A DNA stretch of 64,000 nucleotides from Chrysomallon squamiferum (GCA_012295275.1 CM022665.1:24304001-24368000), one strand, 5' to 3'; positions 14,616 to 29,804 are shown, numbered from the stretch's first letter. The notes: generated from the letters alone by a model not told the origin. Made by a program: numbers and translations.

Positions 14616-14859
14616 GTAAGAATTTGTATTTTTTGACAATTTTCTTGTTTATTGGCAATGCAGGTGTGGTAGATGCAGAACAAACATTGCAAGATGCCAA
14701 CAACAACAGAAAAGATAAGAGATACAGCTAAATTATACAGCTTGCAGACATACACAAGTTGAATCTGAAAACAAGACAACAGGGTTGAAACTGGTTGCAA
14801 ACTTGATAGATACCAATACCATATATATGAAAAATCAAAAACAAATCAACTAAATTATT

Positions 14860-14860
<1 letters not shown>

Positions 14861-14940
<80 letters not shown>
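14861..14940. repeat. (AG)n microsatellite
   Basis: Direct reading. Confidence 0.98.
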
Positions 14941-14942
<2 letters not shown>

Positions 14943-15765
14943 TAAAAATGAGAAAGATAAAGAGAAAAATCAAAAATGAGATAGGTAAAGAAAGAGGAAG
15001 AGAGGGAAACAAATAAAGAGTGAAAAAAGAGAAACAGTGAAATTAAATACGAGAAAGATAGATGGAGAAAGACATAGAGAGAAAGAAAGACAGAGAGATA
15101 TTGGACAGATAGTTGGTATATTTAGGGTGGTATATTCATTAGCTGGTTGGTAAAAAGGTATGCTGCTGATTGAGAGAACATGCGAGAGAGGTTGGTTGGT
15201 AGGTAGCTAGTTAGGTAACTAGATAAAATGGACACACTTCTAGGCAGGCTGACCCAGTGATGAAATCTAAAATATAATTAACCTATACAAGAACTTGAAT
15301 CTGTTCCAGTTCCAAGTTATCTGATTAAAAAAAAAATAAAAAAAAAAAATTAATTCTCATATAAAATACCAGTCATCATTTAATTAAACTCAGGCTGAGT
15401 TAAACTGGTTTTAATTTTCTATTAGATTTGATTAAGTAAAACCTAATTGATTTGCCACAAAATCATTTCAACAGAATAATGTAACACAGAACAGTGTAAT
15501 TACATATAGATAAGTGTGTCTAAACTGAATTACACTGTGTTAGCTTGAACTGTTCAAATCAGGCCATATTCAAGTGTCTTACAATACTGAATGTGCATAT
15601 GCAACTGAAAATAATTTGATATAAATGCAAATATCAAATCTGCCTTAACCACCACTTCAACTCAGATGTCTTCTGTTATACATTTATGGATGCACTTGTA
15701 TATAATCTGATATGTAATTTAAAATAGCTGTCACACACACTTACATGTTTATCTGTCTATCTATC

Positions 15766-15770
<5 letters not shown>

Positions 15771-15836
<66 letters not shown>

Positions 15837-15849
15837 ATGTGTGTGTGTG
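15771..15849. repeat. (GT)n microsatellite
   Basis: Direct reading. Confidence 0.97.
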
Positions 15850-16499
15850 CAGATAGATAGATAGATATTCACTTACAGAGTCATAAAATACATTAACTAG
15901 TGATCTAAATATTGTTGTTGTTGTTATTATAATTTAAAATTATAAGCTCACAAGTGTCTAGTTAGCAAATATTAAATAAACATGGCAGTACAAATACTTC
16001 TGCAGTTGTGCTTTGTATTTAATCATCTTGCTTAAAAAAAAAAAATTATTACCAGGATATTACATGACATTTAAGAGCTTTAAAAACTGTTTGAATCAGC
16101 AGGGATTTCTGTTTTATTTTTTATTTTTTTATTCTTTTTGCAGTTTCCATACTGCACTTTTTCTCTGGTTTCTTGATGAACTTAGAATTACTGTAAGAAC
16201 TAAATAAATGCTCATTAAAAGGAGCAGACTGAAACTCAGTAACAGTGCACTGGCTCGAGGCCTCAGCCATGAAAGACTTGGTTCAATTCACTTCTAAGCT
16301 CCCACTAAGCAATTTCCTTTTTCCACCATAAGCTGCACAACCTAAACCTTTGATAACTGTTTACGTATGCCTGTGTGTGTGTGTGTGTATCTGTATATTT
16401 ATCTTGCTATCTATCTATATATATATATCTATATATCTATATATATAATGTATGTATGTATTATTATATAAGCCCTTATGTCTATGGTAATGTATATAT

Positions 16500-16630
16500 A
16501 AATTAAAGATCCACGTTTCTAACAGTGACCCAACATGTAGTGAACGTGGCTATCCTCTCTCATTGTCAGCATACAAATGTTTATTTAAAATGTGTTGAAT
16601 ATGTCTTTGAATAAAAGATTTCTTTTTTTC
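16500..16630 (+). mobile_element. Decayed 3' fragment of a dispersed SINE-like repeat
   Basis: gtggctatcctctctc...aaaatgtgttga...aataaaaga resembles the reverse complement of 24445-24570 and the copy at 44121-44155. Confidence 0.45.
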
Positions 16631-19600
16631 TTCCTGGGAAGATAAATGAAAGAGATGCACATGCAGTAGTAGAACTGTCACTTGAAGTTTAAGATTTTAA
16701 TAAGCAAGTAGAAAATCATCATAATTTATGCAGCTATTTTATATTGTGTTATAATAAAAGAAAGGTGTGATACATACAGTGATAAGGTTTTGTTATGCAG
16801 ATCACATATTTAGTGACATTTCCACACAAGAACAATGATTAGTTTGTCATTAGGACTTCAATAGGATTGTTGGCTGTCATTTGCAATCTGGGTTAATGTA
16901 TGCAATTCAATTTAGTGTGAATAACTGAGCCTTCATTTACAATCAATGTATGTAAAGAGGTTTTTATTTTACAAACAAAGAAAAGGTGCTGATGGAATTT
17001 TTAAAGAAAAAAGGGTAAAAAAATAAGAATTAATTAAAGACAGAAACCTTCAATGGATGAATTCTGTTCTATATTCAGACTAATATCACATAAGGGCAGA
17101 ACCAGATCTCAGAATAGAGAGGAAGTGCCATTATTATGTTGGATTTAACTTTGATGATCAAATGAGTTTTATTTTGTAAAAAAAAACCCAAACAAACTTC
17201 CAACCCTAACAAATAAAAATGGGAAAATAATCAAACAGTTGCTAAGAAAAACAAACAACAAACATGTGTAAGGGCTATAAATTCAAGATTTCAGAAAACA
17301 AATATGGATATAATGTTCATGATGAAATGTTTTTATTATTTAGAGAAAAAATATCAGTTGCCATAAGACTGCGTATGTGTGTCTGTCTTTCTGTCTTTAT
17401 AAAAAGCTGATTTTACCTGTCATTATGGTAGTTTCATTCTCTCTTTCTCTGTTGCTCTGATGGGTGCATCCAAAGCAGGCAGAGACAACAGAGAGCAAAG
17501 ATCTCCATGTATCATCTTCATTTAAACTCAAAGTTTCACACACAGTGAACCCAGTACATAAATCAGCACTCACACAGTGATGCTGAGTTGTAATATTCTT
17601 TCAATACTAAAATATACCCTGTATATGACTTCATGGGGATGTTTCTATGAGCTTGGTGATAGCTGTGTTTGGTGCAAACACATAGAGTATAATATTGTGA
17701 TGCATAAAATGTTGTTTTTCTTAGTGGAACAGTAAAATATTTTGTTATATTTTATAAGGAAAAAACATATTAAAGAACCAAAATGGTGGTTTATTCAACA
17801 GATGTTCTGGTCTTCTTCTTTTTTTTTTTTTTTGTTATAGTTTTTTTTCTCTTTCTTTCTGTTCTTATTTGCTTGTTGTTGTTGTTTTATTTTTGTTTTT
17901 TTTTAGTTGTTCAAAGAGTATGATTAGCAAGCTAGAAATATTCTGCTAAGTTCATAAGATATTTCAGATATATTTTTAATTTATTTTATTAACAAAAACT
18001 ACTAATTATCTGTTATTCTAAACTGAGCATAAAACTATGATATAACAAGACCTTTGAAACTGTAGAAACTGAATACTGTCTTTGAAATGAAATATCCCAA
18101 AAGGAGCTTTTATAGGAGAAATCCCTCCTTTAGGAGTCACTCACATCACTAAAGTAAATCTCTACCCATTTTCATTAAGACTCTGTGAGTCATTTACTTG
18201 TTAAAATTAACAAGGAAAAAGCAAAAGTTGAGATTTAAAGTGAATATCAATTTAAAATTAAATTTGATCAGTCGTATTTAAAAAAAAGAACAAAATCCAC
18301 CAAAGACTTCTGATTCCTTTTTGAAACCAAAACCAAAGATGAGACATGCTGCCTGAGCCAATAAAGAGATGTTGAACATGTGTATGTTAACAAAAACTGA
18401 CTCCACTTTGATTTGGAACACTGAAGAGATCAGACAGGCATTTACCAACTGTCTCCGTACTGGCTGTTTTTTTACTTCTGTTGTATTCACACTTGGTGAA
18501 GCATACGAAACACACACCCCCCTAGCAGTGTAAATTACATTGCCTCCAAACATTGGTCTTTACTACTTAGAATTGTAAGGGAAGGAAAATAGCATCAAAA
18601 CCCATCCCTGTTTTACTCTGCACATTAGACTGCCAATAGCAGCCTTTTGAGAGTATCACATTTTGACAGTGTTTATTTCATTAAAAAACCCAGCATAAAA
18701 ATCCATCCATTCTGTATAGTACATAAGATTGCCTCTAAACATAGGCCTGTACTGTCCTTGATTGTCTAATTTGTAACTTTCTAGAAAATATTTTTGGACA
18801 TGAAAACTACATGAAAACGCATCCCTCTTTTACAGTATGAAATAAATTGTCTCAAAATACTGATCTCTACCATCAGTCATGTTAACACTAACTTCTCTCT
18901 CTTTTACATTATATATTAGATTGTTTCTAATTACTGGCTGTACTATACTATCTGTACTTACTGTCATCTTTCTTGCCACTCACACATAAGCAAACAAAAC
19001 AGTATGAGAATCAGTCTGTGTCTTACAGTATACAGTACACATCTTTAAATGTTGCTGGTACTATTTTTCTACTGTCATGGTCATTATAGCTTCTTTCTGG
19101 CATTTTTCAATAAGTATTAAATTTCTTCCAAACATTAGTGAGAATTGTTACTAATAATCATTGTTAGTACAGAGATTCACTGGCACACATTTCACTCAAG
19201 GAAATAGCTTTTTAAGTTTCTATTTAACAGCCTTCTAATCCTGGCCCTCTGGATTGAATTCTGTCAGTACCTGAACATCTCCGCTGCTTTTTAGCTGTAT
19301 CAGCTTTACAAGCGTGAATCTCTCATTTCCTCGCTGCCCTCTTTAAAACATATGGCAGTCTATTTTATGCTTTCTTTTCCGGCAATTGCACCCAAGTCAT
19401 GTATGATGGGATGGTGTGTTAGGTATAATGTGTATCACAGCCGGTCATTTCTATATCCGTACCTCTTTAGCAAGGAACTGTTTGAGATGGGTTTGTGTTG
19501 TGGCATGGATGCACAAGCCTTTACCTTGAAAAATGTTTTAAAACTGTAAAACAAATGATATTTATATTGGAATTTGTATATTATTGTCTTACTGTTATTT

Positions 19601-20528
19601 TATTATTAATAATGAAAATGTATTTAAAAAAGAAAAGAAAAAGAAGAGATCTGCACTATTTAATGAGATTTACATACATATGTATATGCATACACATACA
19701 CACACACTTATATACACACACATACTCTACACAATTGTTTAGTTTTGTATGATTTTATTTCATAACACATTTTTCTTTAGGTTTCAACCGCCCACCTACC
19801 TAAGAAACAAAATAAACATTCACCCATAGTAAAAAAAAAAAAATAATAAAAGTAACCTCTAGACATCATTGTTTGTATTACAGTCTTTTCACGGTCTATC
19901 ACATAAAAATTGTTTACAAAATAAATGGTTCACTGGGTTCCTCAAGGCAACTACAGATCATCTCCATCCAAACAAACATGCAAAACAACAGACACAAACA
20001 AATATACTAGCCACATTTTATTTCCATTACACACTACATGTTTATATGAAAGGCAGCTTGTCTGTTCATTTAATAGGTACTCACAAAAAACTGAATATTA
20101 TTGTGTGTGTTGTTTGTTTTTGCTGCTTCTCAACCTCGGCTTTTGTCTGCCATATTATGTACACAATAGTATCGAGTTGCCAGGAAAAGACTGTAAAATC
20201 TGAGGACTAATAACAAAGTTGTATTAAATACAGCATATTTATGGTTTCTCACCTTTCTGGTGTGACCAAAAAGTGAAAAAAAAAAATATGAAGGAGGATA
20301 AAAATAAGAAAAAAGAGTGTGTTGTATTTGGATAATAAAATCTTTGTGTTTTAAGGTGGTAGTAAAAACTATTCTTTTTTCTTTTCCTGTTTGATGATAT
20401 AAAATAAAAAATGTACCTGAGTGAAAGCACGTGTGAAGTTTTGCATAAAGATGCATAAATGTAAACATAAATATATAAAGAAGTAGATTTTTGCACATGG
20501 AGACATTTCAATACATACTTACATGAAT

Positions 20529-20620
20529 TACATATACATACATACATACATATACATACATACATACATACATACATACATACATACATACATACATACA
20601 TACATGTGTATATACATACA
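20529..20620. repeat. (TACA)n microsatellite
   Basis: Direct reading. Confidence 0.95.
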
Positions 20621-21434
20621 CTTAAATACTCAGAAATATGTTTATAAACAAACACATAGTTTCAAATGTAACTGCAGAAACATAAAATAACACATATATG
20701 CACATACCAACCAATCTACCTACCTAAACGCATGAATACAAGCATTATATATATATATACAAACATCCATACATATATCCATATATTCATCTGTCCATGC
20801 ATCCATCCATTGATCAGTCCATCCATCCATCATTCATATATTTATACACACATGCATACATACACCGAATGGGTATGATACATTCAAGTCTCATCAGTGA
20901 CATTTGACAGGGTTTGTAAGGTTGTGATTGTACTTTGTACTCCTGTGCCCATATGTTCCCAAATATTGTCTGTGTTCAGTCTAATCAGACATGCATAAGA
21001 AGAGAGAATTAACGAATCCTACATACATAGATACATACATATATACCCATATATTATACATACATACACATATAAATACACATACAAACACAAACAGATA
21101 CACATACATGCATTCATTCTTTCTTTTCTTGTTTTCGCTATTCAGTACACAGAATTTATTAACTTAAGTAAAGAAACCAGAACACACTGAATCACTGCTC
21201 TTTTTTCTGCATTACTGAAAGTTTATTAGCCTGACACCTGGCCTGGCAGAATTACATCTCTATTTTTATGTTATATTTTAGGCCACAGATTGCAATACAC
21301 CATGTCAAGCCTTGCACTCCACTAAACAGCACTGTCAATCTTGTAATTACATACAGGCATATATAATTACATAACAGATTCAGTCATTTTCTGCAAATTT
21401 AATTTATTTCATCTCTTGTCACATATTAATAATT

Positions 21435-21438
<4 letters not shown>

Positions 21439-21482
<44 letters not shown>

Positions 21483-21515
21483 TGTGTGTGTGTTTTTGTG
21501 TGTTTGTATATGTGT
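21439..21515. repeat. (GT)n microsatellite
   Basis: Direct reading. Confidence 0.95.
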
Positions 21516-22219
21516 GCACATGCATTATATTTTGGTAAATTTATAAAAATTGTATAAACTTTGGACCATTACTCTTCTAAAACCTATAAAATACATTTTC
21601 TTTTACCTACTGAATTTACTTGATTTCCCCACACACACAAATATTTTTCAAAAGCATTCATTTTGTAAAATCTAGAGAACACTTTTCTTCTTCTTTTTAA
21701 AAATCTATAGAACCTTTTTTTTTTTCATAACTGCACACAACTTTCTTTTTAACATTTATGAATTTTTTAATTTTTTTTTTTTTTTTTTTTTTAAATCAGT
21801 GAAAATTTGTTTATCTAAACTCTGTACATCTTTCTTTTTTCTTTTTCTATCACCTAATCTTTCATTAAACTCTTAGTGAACAAAAACTGATGAGGTAAAA
21901 CAGGTGAACATGGAGGATTTATGAAGCATGCCATCAGGCAACGTTTCACAGTATTTCCTAATCTGTCATCAGCAGATTCATGGGTGTGTTTTTTCTTGCT
22001 AAGTTCACTGATTTTTGAAGGATATAAATTATGCTTGTAATTGTTATATTAAGCACATAGGTGTAAATGTTTATGAGTTTTTAAATAACAGGTAATCAGA
22101 GTTAGTGAGATGTAAAATTAAAGATGTCTGGATGATGTGTTGATAAATTGTTAATTTATGATTGATAATGATTGTTGTTATGGTTGTTTATATTTGATTA
22201 TTAGTCATGTTTCGGCTAG

Positions 22220-22430
22220 TTTGTGTGTGTGTGTCCATGTGTGTTTGTGTATTTGTGTGTGTGTTTTATGTGTGTGTGTGTGTGTGTGTGTGCATATGTG
22301 TGTATGTGTTGTTTATATATGTGTGTCTGGTATGTGATTGTATGTCTGAGTGTGTGTGTGTGTGTGTGTGTGTGTCAATATGTGTTTGTGTATATGTGTG
22401 CATGTGTATGTATGTGTAGTTTATATGTGT

Positions 22431-22478
<48 letters not shown>

Positions 22479-22550
22479 ATGTGTTTGTGCATATGTGTGT
22501 GTGTGCATGTGTTTGTGCATATGTGTGTGTGTGGCTGTGAGTGTGTTTGT
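22220..22550. repeat. Compound or degenerate (GT)n tract
   Basis: Direct reading. It is the source of the spurious CV and HT ORFs. Confidence 0.95.
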
Positions 22551-22811
22551 GAGTTATGGAAAGTCAAATAGTTATAGAAAGTGGTAAAAATGATTTGTTA
22601 AGATTAGCACATAGTTTGGTGGAAGGGTTTACTAATTTTTATTAATAATTAAAAATTAAATAGTTACAATACACAATCATTAGTACTACTTCTCCAAACA
22701 GTCTTTTAATGAATCCAATATATATATATATATATGAAGAAAATTAACAGGTGTATATAACATGAATCACACTTTTATATTAAATTTTTTTTAAACTTTC
22801 TTATTTTTCAG

Positions 22812-22905
22812 GCTGAAGTATGTGCTGGAAGTCTTCCTGAAATTGTCCAGTCAGTTGTAAATGGAGCTGATGGCTGCCTCTTTACTTTTGGCCACTCAAA
22901 GCTGG
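22812..22905 (+). CDS. KIF26: KIF26-like kinesin exon B ([32 protein letters not shown])
   Basis: Absent from the ORF track and translated by hand. Acceptor tttttcag ends at 22811 and donor gtaagt starts at 22906. The exon is 94 nt, phase 0-1. [10 protein letters not shown] and the first half of the P-loop are typical of KIF26. Confidence 0.95.
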
Positions 22906-24444
22906 GTAAGTAGAAAGCAAGATTCATTTGTTTATGAGGCCAGGTGGTCAGCAAAATTAGAACCAAACAAAAAATAATAAAACCTTTTAGAAAATATCAA
23001 TGTATTACTCACAAATATTTAAGTTCTTACTCATTGTTAGCAAAAAAAAAAAAAAAATTGTAGAATCCAAACTAATTTTCTGTATGATTTTCAAAAAAGA
23101 TTTCTAAAAAAGTCAAATGGTTTATGAAGATTTGTTTTTGAATATCTTTTTATCATTGGTGGTGAAAAATAAAAACTGTTGAATAGAATCAGAAATATTT
23201 TCTATTGGTATTTTATTTTTAAAAATCCACATATATCTGATTGGAAATGTACCAAGATTTTATCATCATTGATGCTGGAAATTTCATGTATTACAGAAGA
23301 TTGTAGTATGGAATGTTTTAAAAATGTTTAAAAGGAATTATTCATTTTAACCAAATGATCACAGAAAATGGTTGTGGTATGCAAGTGGTTAAGAAGAAAT
23401 TCAAACTGCTTTTAACCAGCTTCTTTTATGAGAATGCACTTTCCATTTTTCTTATTATCTTTGTTTTTGCATTCCCTTGCACACAGAAAGGCATGTTATG
23501 ATGTTTTTGAAGCATTCCAGCTGGAACTAAAAAAAAAATAGAATGAAAAAGAACAAAAAAAATTATGGTGAAAATGAGAAGAAAAAAAAATCTTGATTCT
23601 AAACCGGAGCAAATTCTGATCAGGGCCTATATCTACACAGAGCACAATTTATGTTCTTATTTGCTGGCTTTCATCAGCAACACACACACAATTACATTAA
23701 AGCAAGAGAAAATTGCAATTGCTATTAAGGACTGCAACGAAGACATTTTACTATCACTCGGCAGAGCACTTGCCCTTTCGCCATTTTATCATTATTGACC
23801 ATGCATGACATTTGCATACCTTTCAGAAGAGTGGCAATTTAGAATCACAATAAAATTTTCTCAAATGAGTCCTTGGGTAACAGTTAGATTAGTAATTCCT
23901 TCATCCCACTAGATATATACATGAGGCATTGGCCATAACCTCCTGTTGTACTTCATTTGGCTAGCCTCTTGTTATGGTTGTCATAAAGATTTTTGCTGTG
24001 TGAAAATTAAATTGTAAACTGTAGATGCGAGGTCTGAATGAAGACAATTTTGTTTATTATTGTATGACTTTTATTATTGTGGTACCATTATCCTGTCAAA
24101 TGTTTCTGATAAAAGTTTCTTATTTCTAACCAAATTACAACAATAAAAATAAAATAAAGTCAAATGATCATAGCAAGGATGATAGAGATATTGTTGTAAC
24201 CCAATCACAATAAAAAGTGATTCATAATGAAATGTATTGTTTGGCTGAGTGCAAAGGTGTTTTATCATCAAGGCAATGAACTATTTATATAAACCACAAC
24301 AACTTCTGAATATAGGCATAAATCTTACAGTTTTATATGTGCTATACTAACTTTTCTATTCTATATACAGATCTTTCAGATCTTGAACTCTTAATTAATA
24401 AATAAAAATTAAAAAACCAACAACCCAGAAACCTGAATATTTAT

Positions 24445-24580
24445 TATTATTTGACAACATACTCAACATATTTTTAATCTTCAGCTTTATGACATCACAC
24501 ACATGATAAAATCAACCATAAAAATAATTAGAGAGGAAACCCACTGTCACCAAATAACAGGCTACTCTTATTTCAATTAT
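24445..24580 (-). mobile_element. Decayed SINE-like repeat fragment, reverse orientation
   Basis: The reverse complement of 24531-24565 (gtagcctgttatttggtgacagtgggtttcctctc) aligns with 44121-44155 (gtagcccatcacattatggcagtggttttcctctg). Confidence 0.55.
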
Positions 24581-25159
24581 CTGCTCCTTAGATGCTGCAG
24601 AAGAGATTTACAATTACTGATGTGCTCTGTTTGTTCCAGTATTATTTCTGACTGTGTCATACAGGTTACTGTGGCCCATCACTCAATGTAGAAAACTTCC
24701 ATTTTGCCTGTGTCATTGATGGACGGTTCATGATATTAAAGACAAGGCCTTATTCATTCATAGCTGACTGTGATAGAGGGCAGCAGCTTCTGTCTTTCTG
24801 CTGTCACTGATGCAGAAAGGATAGTATTATTCAACTAGGAAAACACTTAGCTCTGAGGTGCAGTGGGTCATAAGATCTATCCTTCTTTGTGGTGTAGTTG
24901 GAGTTTAGGATTAAATTTGTTTGTTTGTTTTAATGGCCAAACCTTTGTGGTTTTGTCTGGTTGAGGCTTTCAGATTTGGTTTAAAATTTATTTATTTTTA
25001 ACTATACTTCTTTATGGTCTAAATAAAATGGTGTCCTAATTGTTATTTTAATCTTCATTTAGAGTTCAGTTTGATTTAAGTCAAGGGTTTTAATTTTACT
25101 TAACACTAATTTATTTCAATTTCTTTAAAATCCTATGCTGACACTAGTTGCCAAAATTA

Positions 25160-25505
25160 CAGAGTAACACCTCTACAGAAACCAAACCCCAAAAGACACA
25201 AGTCAGTCCCTTTAACATCCCCTTTTAAAACTCTAAAGCCTCGAACACCTGTATAGCAACCAAATCAGTCTGTCAGAAGATGGCAATGAGTGAATCCCTT
25301 TAACAGGACAAGTTATCTCATTCGGAAACTCCAACACCTCTAAAGCAACCATACATATCTGCCAGAAAATGATACCAAAACTGATGAGTGACTACCCTTA
25401 AACAGAACAAGTTACATAATTTTCAAATTCCAACACCTCTGTGGTAACCAAACGCATCTGACAGAGCATGGCACATGAGTGACTCCCTTTAACTGGACAA
25501 GTTTC
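25160..25505. repeat. Four-copy tandem repeat, unit about 80-100 bp
   Basis: aacacct(c/g)t...aacca...tctg(n)caga...atgagtga(c/a)t.ccct(t)taac.ggacaagtt, with units starting near 25166, 25244, 25333 and 25432. Confidence 0.8.
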
Positions 25506-26354
25506 CATCCCACTAGAAGCACCAAGGTGATTCCAGTTGAGCAGACTGACCGGAGGCCATTTCACACAGTGTGCATCATTACCTCATTCTTTGAAGTTAT
25601 TCCATCACTTGAAGCGAGTAATTGTTGAAAATTCCACTGCACCAGTTTTGTGTCTCCTCTACTATGATGACCTTTACAGAGAAGTGATTGAACACTTGTC
25701 AGCCTTTTTAATTACACATTTATATCAGTCAGGGCTTGAGTGTGTCCACAGCTTTCCTTCAGAAAAAACATAAACCAAAGAGAGGCAGCGTGATAAATGT
25801 ATGAATAAATAAAAAGAGACAGGCAAACCATAAATATACAAAGACAAATAATGAATAAAATATCCATGTGTGTGTGTGTGTGTGTGTATACATATACACA
25901 TACACTCACATGCACATGTACATTTTTTTCATTCTTGTAGCTGTATTGTTTTTTTATTTTATTAGTGTTAATACTCTTTATATACATGTTTTTTCCATGC
26001 TTTGTTTGTAACTTTTTTCCTTTGTATATACTTTTTATCTTCTCTGCTATTTGCCCCTAAAACTAACATTTTCAGGTTAATCATTAACAAAAAAAAAAAA
26101 AAAAATGTTTATTAATAATAATTTGGTTAATGTTGTCAATACCTCCTTTCGCTCAGTGTTTTGAAAATAAGTATACAGAAAGAAAAAAAAGGTTACCTCT
26201 CCTGAGATCTGGATTCCACTGGTAAATAATGGCAGTGCTGAGACTAATTAAAGTGTGGTCTGTAATGTTATTTGTTATCTCAGTACCAAGGTTTTTAACT
26301 AAGCTAATTTTACCGAGATACAAAAACCACATGACTGTCTAAACAACCAGTGTT

Positions 26355-26920
26355 GAGTTTGTGATGTATTCTGTATATATCTGGGTTTAATCATTCTTTT
26401 TCAGCTTGTGATGTATACTATAGATCACGGACTGTAGTCAATTTTCTATCAGTTTATGAGATATCATAGTTATATATATCTAATGATTAAATGCTTTTCT
26501 TTATTTGTGATTTATACTGTACATCTTCAAATTAAATATTTTCAGTTTTTGATGTATATTGTACTTCTCAGAGTTTAAAGTTAAATTTTTCTGTATCTAT
26601 TTTTGATGTACATATACTACTTGCATGATAAATCTTTCTCTTTCAAATTGTTTTGTACACTATACATCTTGGGGTTAAATGTTCTTCAGTTTCTGATGTA
26701 TACTGTTCATCTTGGAATTAAATCTTTCACTTTCAATTCATGATATATACTACACAGATTGAGGGTCAGATCTTTTTCTCTTTCAATTTGTGATGTACAC
26801 TGTTTCTGTGCATCCTTCAGTTTTAATCATTGTTTTTCAGTTAATGATGTATTCTGTATAACATTGTGGTAGTTAAATCTTTTTTCAGTTTGTTGCGGGT
26901 TAAATAATTTTCAATCAGTG
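26355..26920. repeat. Decayed minisatellite, unit about 43 bp
   Basis: Recurring ttgtgatgtatactgtacatc...ttaaatcttt...tttca. Confidence 0.75.
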
Positions 26921-27314
26921 GAATTTTTATAAGCACATCTGTATGTCAGGTTTAATATTGTTTAAAAGAAGAGTTATCACCTTAGTGTAATGTACTGAGT
27001 GAAGTGGCTGCTGTTTCTTTCAACATCTGTGCAGATTTATATCCCCATCATGTCTTTCTTTTTCAGCAACTTTGTAATAAATGATTCAGTTTTATATGAT
27101 TAGATATTATAATAAAATATTTTAATTTACTCCCACCTGTTTTATGAATTAATATTAATTAACAGGTCTAGTCTGATTCTTTTAAATGAATAAAATTAAA
27201 AAAAGAAAACACCTTCTGTTAAATATCATTGCTTGCATATGTATTGCAGAACAGTTAATAAATGTCTTTGTATTTGCTGATGAAAGGATTCTTTTTTACA
27301 ACATGCCAAAATAC

Positions 27315-27480
27315 TCATTTTCATTTTTCATTTAGTAGCAAGATATCTTTAATTTAACCTTCCCATAAGTTGTAGAGCACATACAACTGCTTTTGATAAA
27401 GCATATAAAAATCATGGGGCACTGGCTGGATTTGGTAATAGTCTAATATTAGTACTGAGAGGAATGTATCCAGTAGTACC
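27315..27480 (-). mobile_element. Decayed SINE-like repeat fragment
   Basis: Shares ccttcccataag (27358-27369) and downstream tgata...ctgga.tgg.aat with 31074-31140. Confidence 0.5.
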
Positions 27481-28154
27481 TAAGGAAAGTTTGCAGTACT
27501 ACAGAGTAACAGCAGATCTCAACAAAATGCTTTAGAATCACAATTCACTGTGTTTTCTTTTTTTTTCATTATACTTTTTTTTTAATATCAAAATCTGCTG
27601 TTACTTTTTTCCTGTTCATCCTCTCTTATAAACACCAGCTCCATTTGTCTTCAGCTTCAACTCACAGGTACAAATCCTGTGAAGTTTTCTTGGCAAGGAA
27701 TAAGAAGATATTTGAGTGATGGAATTCACAAGGTGCCACAGCAATTACAGTCACATTTTGTGCCTCGCTTTTCGGACTTTTGAAGTCGCTGAAGTTCTTA
27801 ACACAATAATCAAATATTGTCTTCAAGATTCCTTCACTCTCATCATGGATGGCCCCTCATCTGAAGAATGCAGTCAGAGGTAACCATGATTAAGTACTGG
27901 AAATTATGCAGGTGCCAGTTCAATTTCTCTCCCATCTTACTTCACCCTGCAGTGTAAATTGTAGATGCCAAAGCCTATTTGCTGCAAGGTTTAAGCGGTA
28001 CCAGTGTATCAGGCAACCAGTGGAGAGAAGTGGTTTAAATTCAGCATCCTGTGGTTTTTCCATAAATTACATTAATACAGTGGAATAGATACAAGTTTCT
28101 GTTGAAAAGCCTGTCTGAGAGAATATATTCTTACATAAATGGAAGTCATTTATT

Positions 28155-28450
28155 TGCCTCTCTTTTACACAATTTTTATAAGAAATGTTTAACAGAAATT
28201 AGAAAGAAAATGTATTAGTTCCCTTTTATGTGACTTTATAACACATTTTAATTATGTAAGAAAGAAAAAAAATGTATTACTTCCCGTTTGTGTGACTTTC
28301 ATAAGAAATTTTAACAATAATTATGAGAAAGAAAAGAAAATGTATTGGTTCCTTTTTATATGACTTTACAACAAATGTTAATCAAATAAAAAAGGAAATG
28401 AAATGTGTAGCTTCCCCTTTACAGAATGTTCAATAGAAACTTTAACAATA
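28155..28450. repeat. Decayed tandem repeat, unit about 65 bp
   Basis: aaaatgtatt(a/g)(g/c)ttccc.ttt.tgtgacttt.ata recurs about four times. Confidence 0.75.
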
Positions 28451-29235
28451 TTATACAAAATAAAATAAATTCTGGCAAATGTTTCTGATGTAACTAATGC
28501 CACTATTAATATAATTCTATAGAGAAGTTAATGTCAGTGATCTAATAACTAAAGAGCTTTTTAAGCCAATCTTCATGTAATAAATATTTAAATAATATCA
28601 GTTTATTATTAGCCTGAGTAGGTTTCTTCACCAATTATTAGCAGTATGTACAGGATGTATATATAATAAATGATGTGTTATATATATGTATATATACACA
28701 CACACGCGCACACACACAAACACACGTAAACACATGTATTTGATATGTAGTTATATGCTTAAAGGTTTGAAATGACATTATAATACAAATAGAAAAATTG
28801 TGAATATATGTGTCTAATTTACAAAGTATTTGATTTGAAGAGCAGTGGATCACAGGAACAGTTCTCACCAGTGCATACAGTGAGCTGTTTCCCATTCTAG
28901 CTAATACTCAAACTTTTTGTTCTACAACATATCCTAGTATGTACTTTCCTGTCTGTCAGAAAGTTCATATAATCAGATGAATACTTATTGAGATAAAACA
29001 ATTAATACAAATGTTGTAGCAAGTTACCTTTGTCTTGCTTTCACTAATTATTTCCATTTCATACATTTACATTAAAAAGTAACAAATAATAACCATTAAA
29101 ACAAAAATATAATGACTTTCATAATTAACTTTCATCAATTTATTTCATAGATAAATAAAATCTTATGAACTGATGCCATGCTAAAAAAAAATATGTAAAT
29201 AGAATAAAATTTTATTGAATTTGCAAACTCCCATC

Positions 29236-29278
<43 letters not shown>

Positions 29279-29804
29279 GTTGTGATACTGATGTAAAAGA
29301 TACTACAGTAACATCTTCATTAGATAGGAATTGAGAAATGTTTGTTTTTACTTTCAATCAAAGTTTGGCACATTCTCCCATTTTGCACATTATTTCTAAC
29401 CGTGCATGCAACAGAGATGGCAAAATGTAACAGAGCAATCCATCTGACTTCAAATAATAAATAGTTATTTCCTCCACTGATAACTGTGAACACAAAAAAC
29501 ACACTTTAGATTTATGCTGGGATCTTTTCTTTCTTTCTTCACTGCAGCTTTCTAAGAATTATAGATAATACAGCACATGTTGTGTAAAGGAAATCATATT
29601 TTATTGCCAATAAAGTATTTGAAAAAATGATATTAATATTAAATACTGTTTTTCACTGAGGCAGTGTTTTGTTTAAAAAAAGAAAATGCTGTGGCAATAT
29701 TTTACTTGCTAGCTTAAAATTCTTCTTTAATTTTTTTTTTTTTTATATGAGAATTAAATTTGTTTAATAAATGTCTCTGTTAGCAAATATAATCATTTAT
29801 CTAT

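Noticed and set aside
22207-22571. CV-rich and HT-rich ORFs, and likewise the SL-rich ORFs at 7268, 14728 and 39950
   Set aside because: They are translations of dinucleotide microsatellites.
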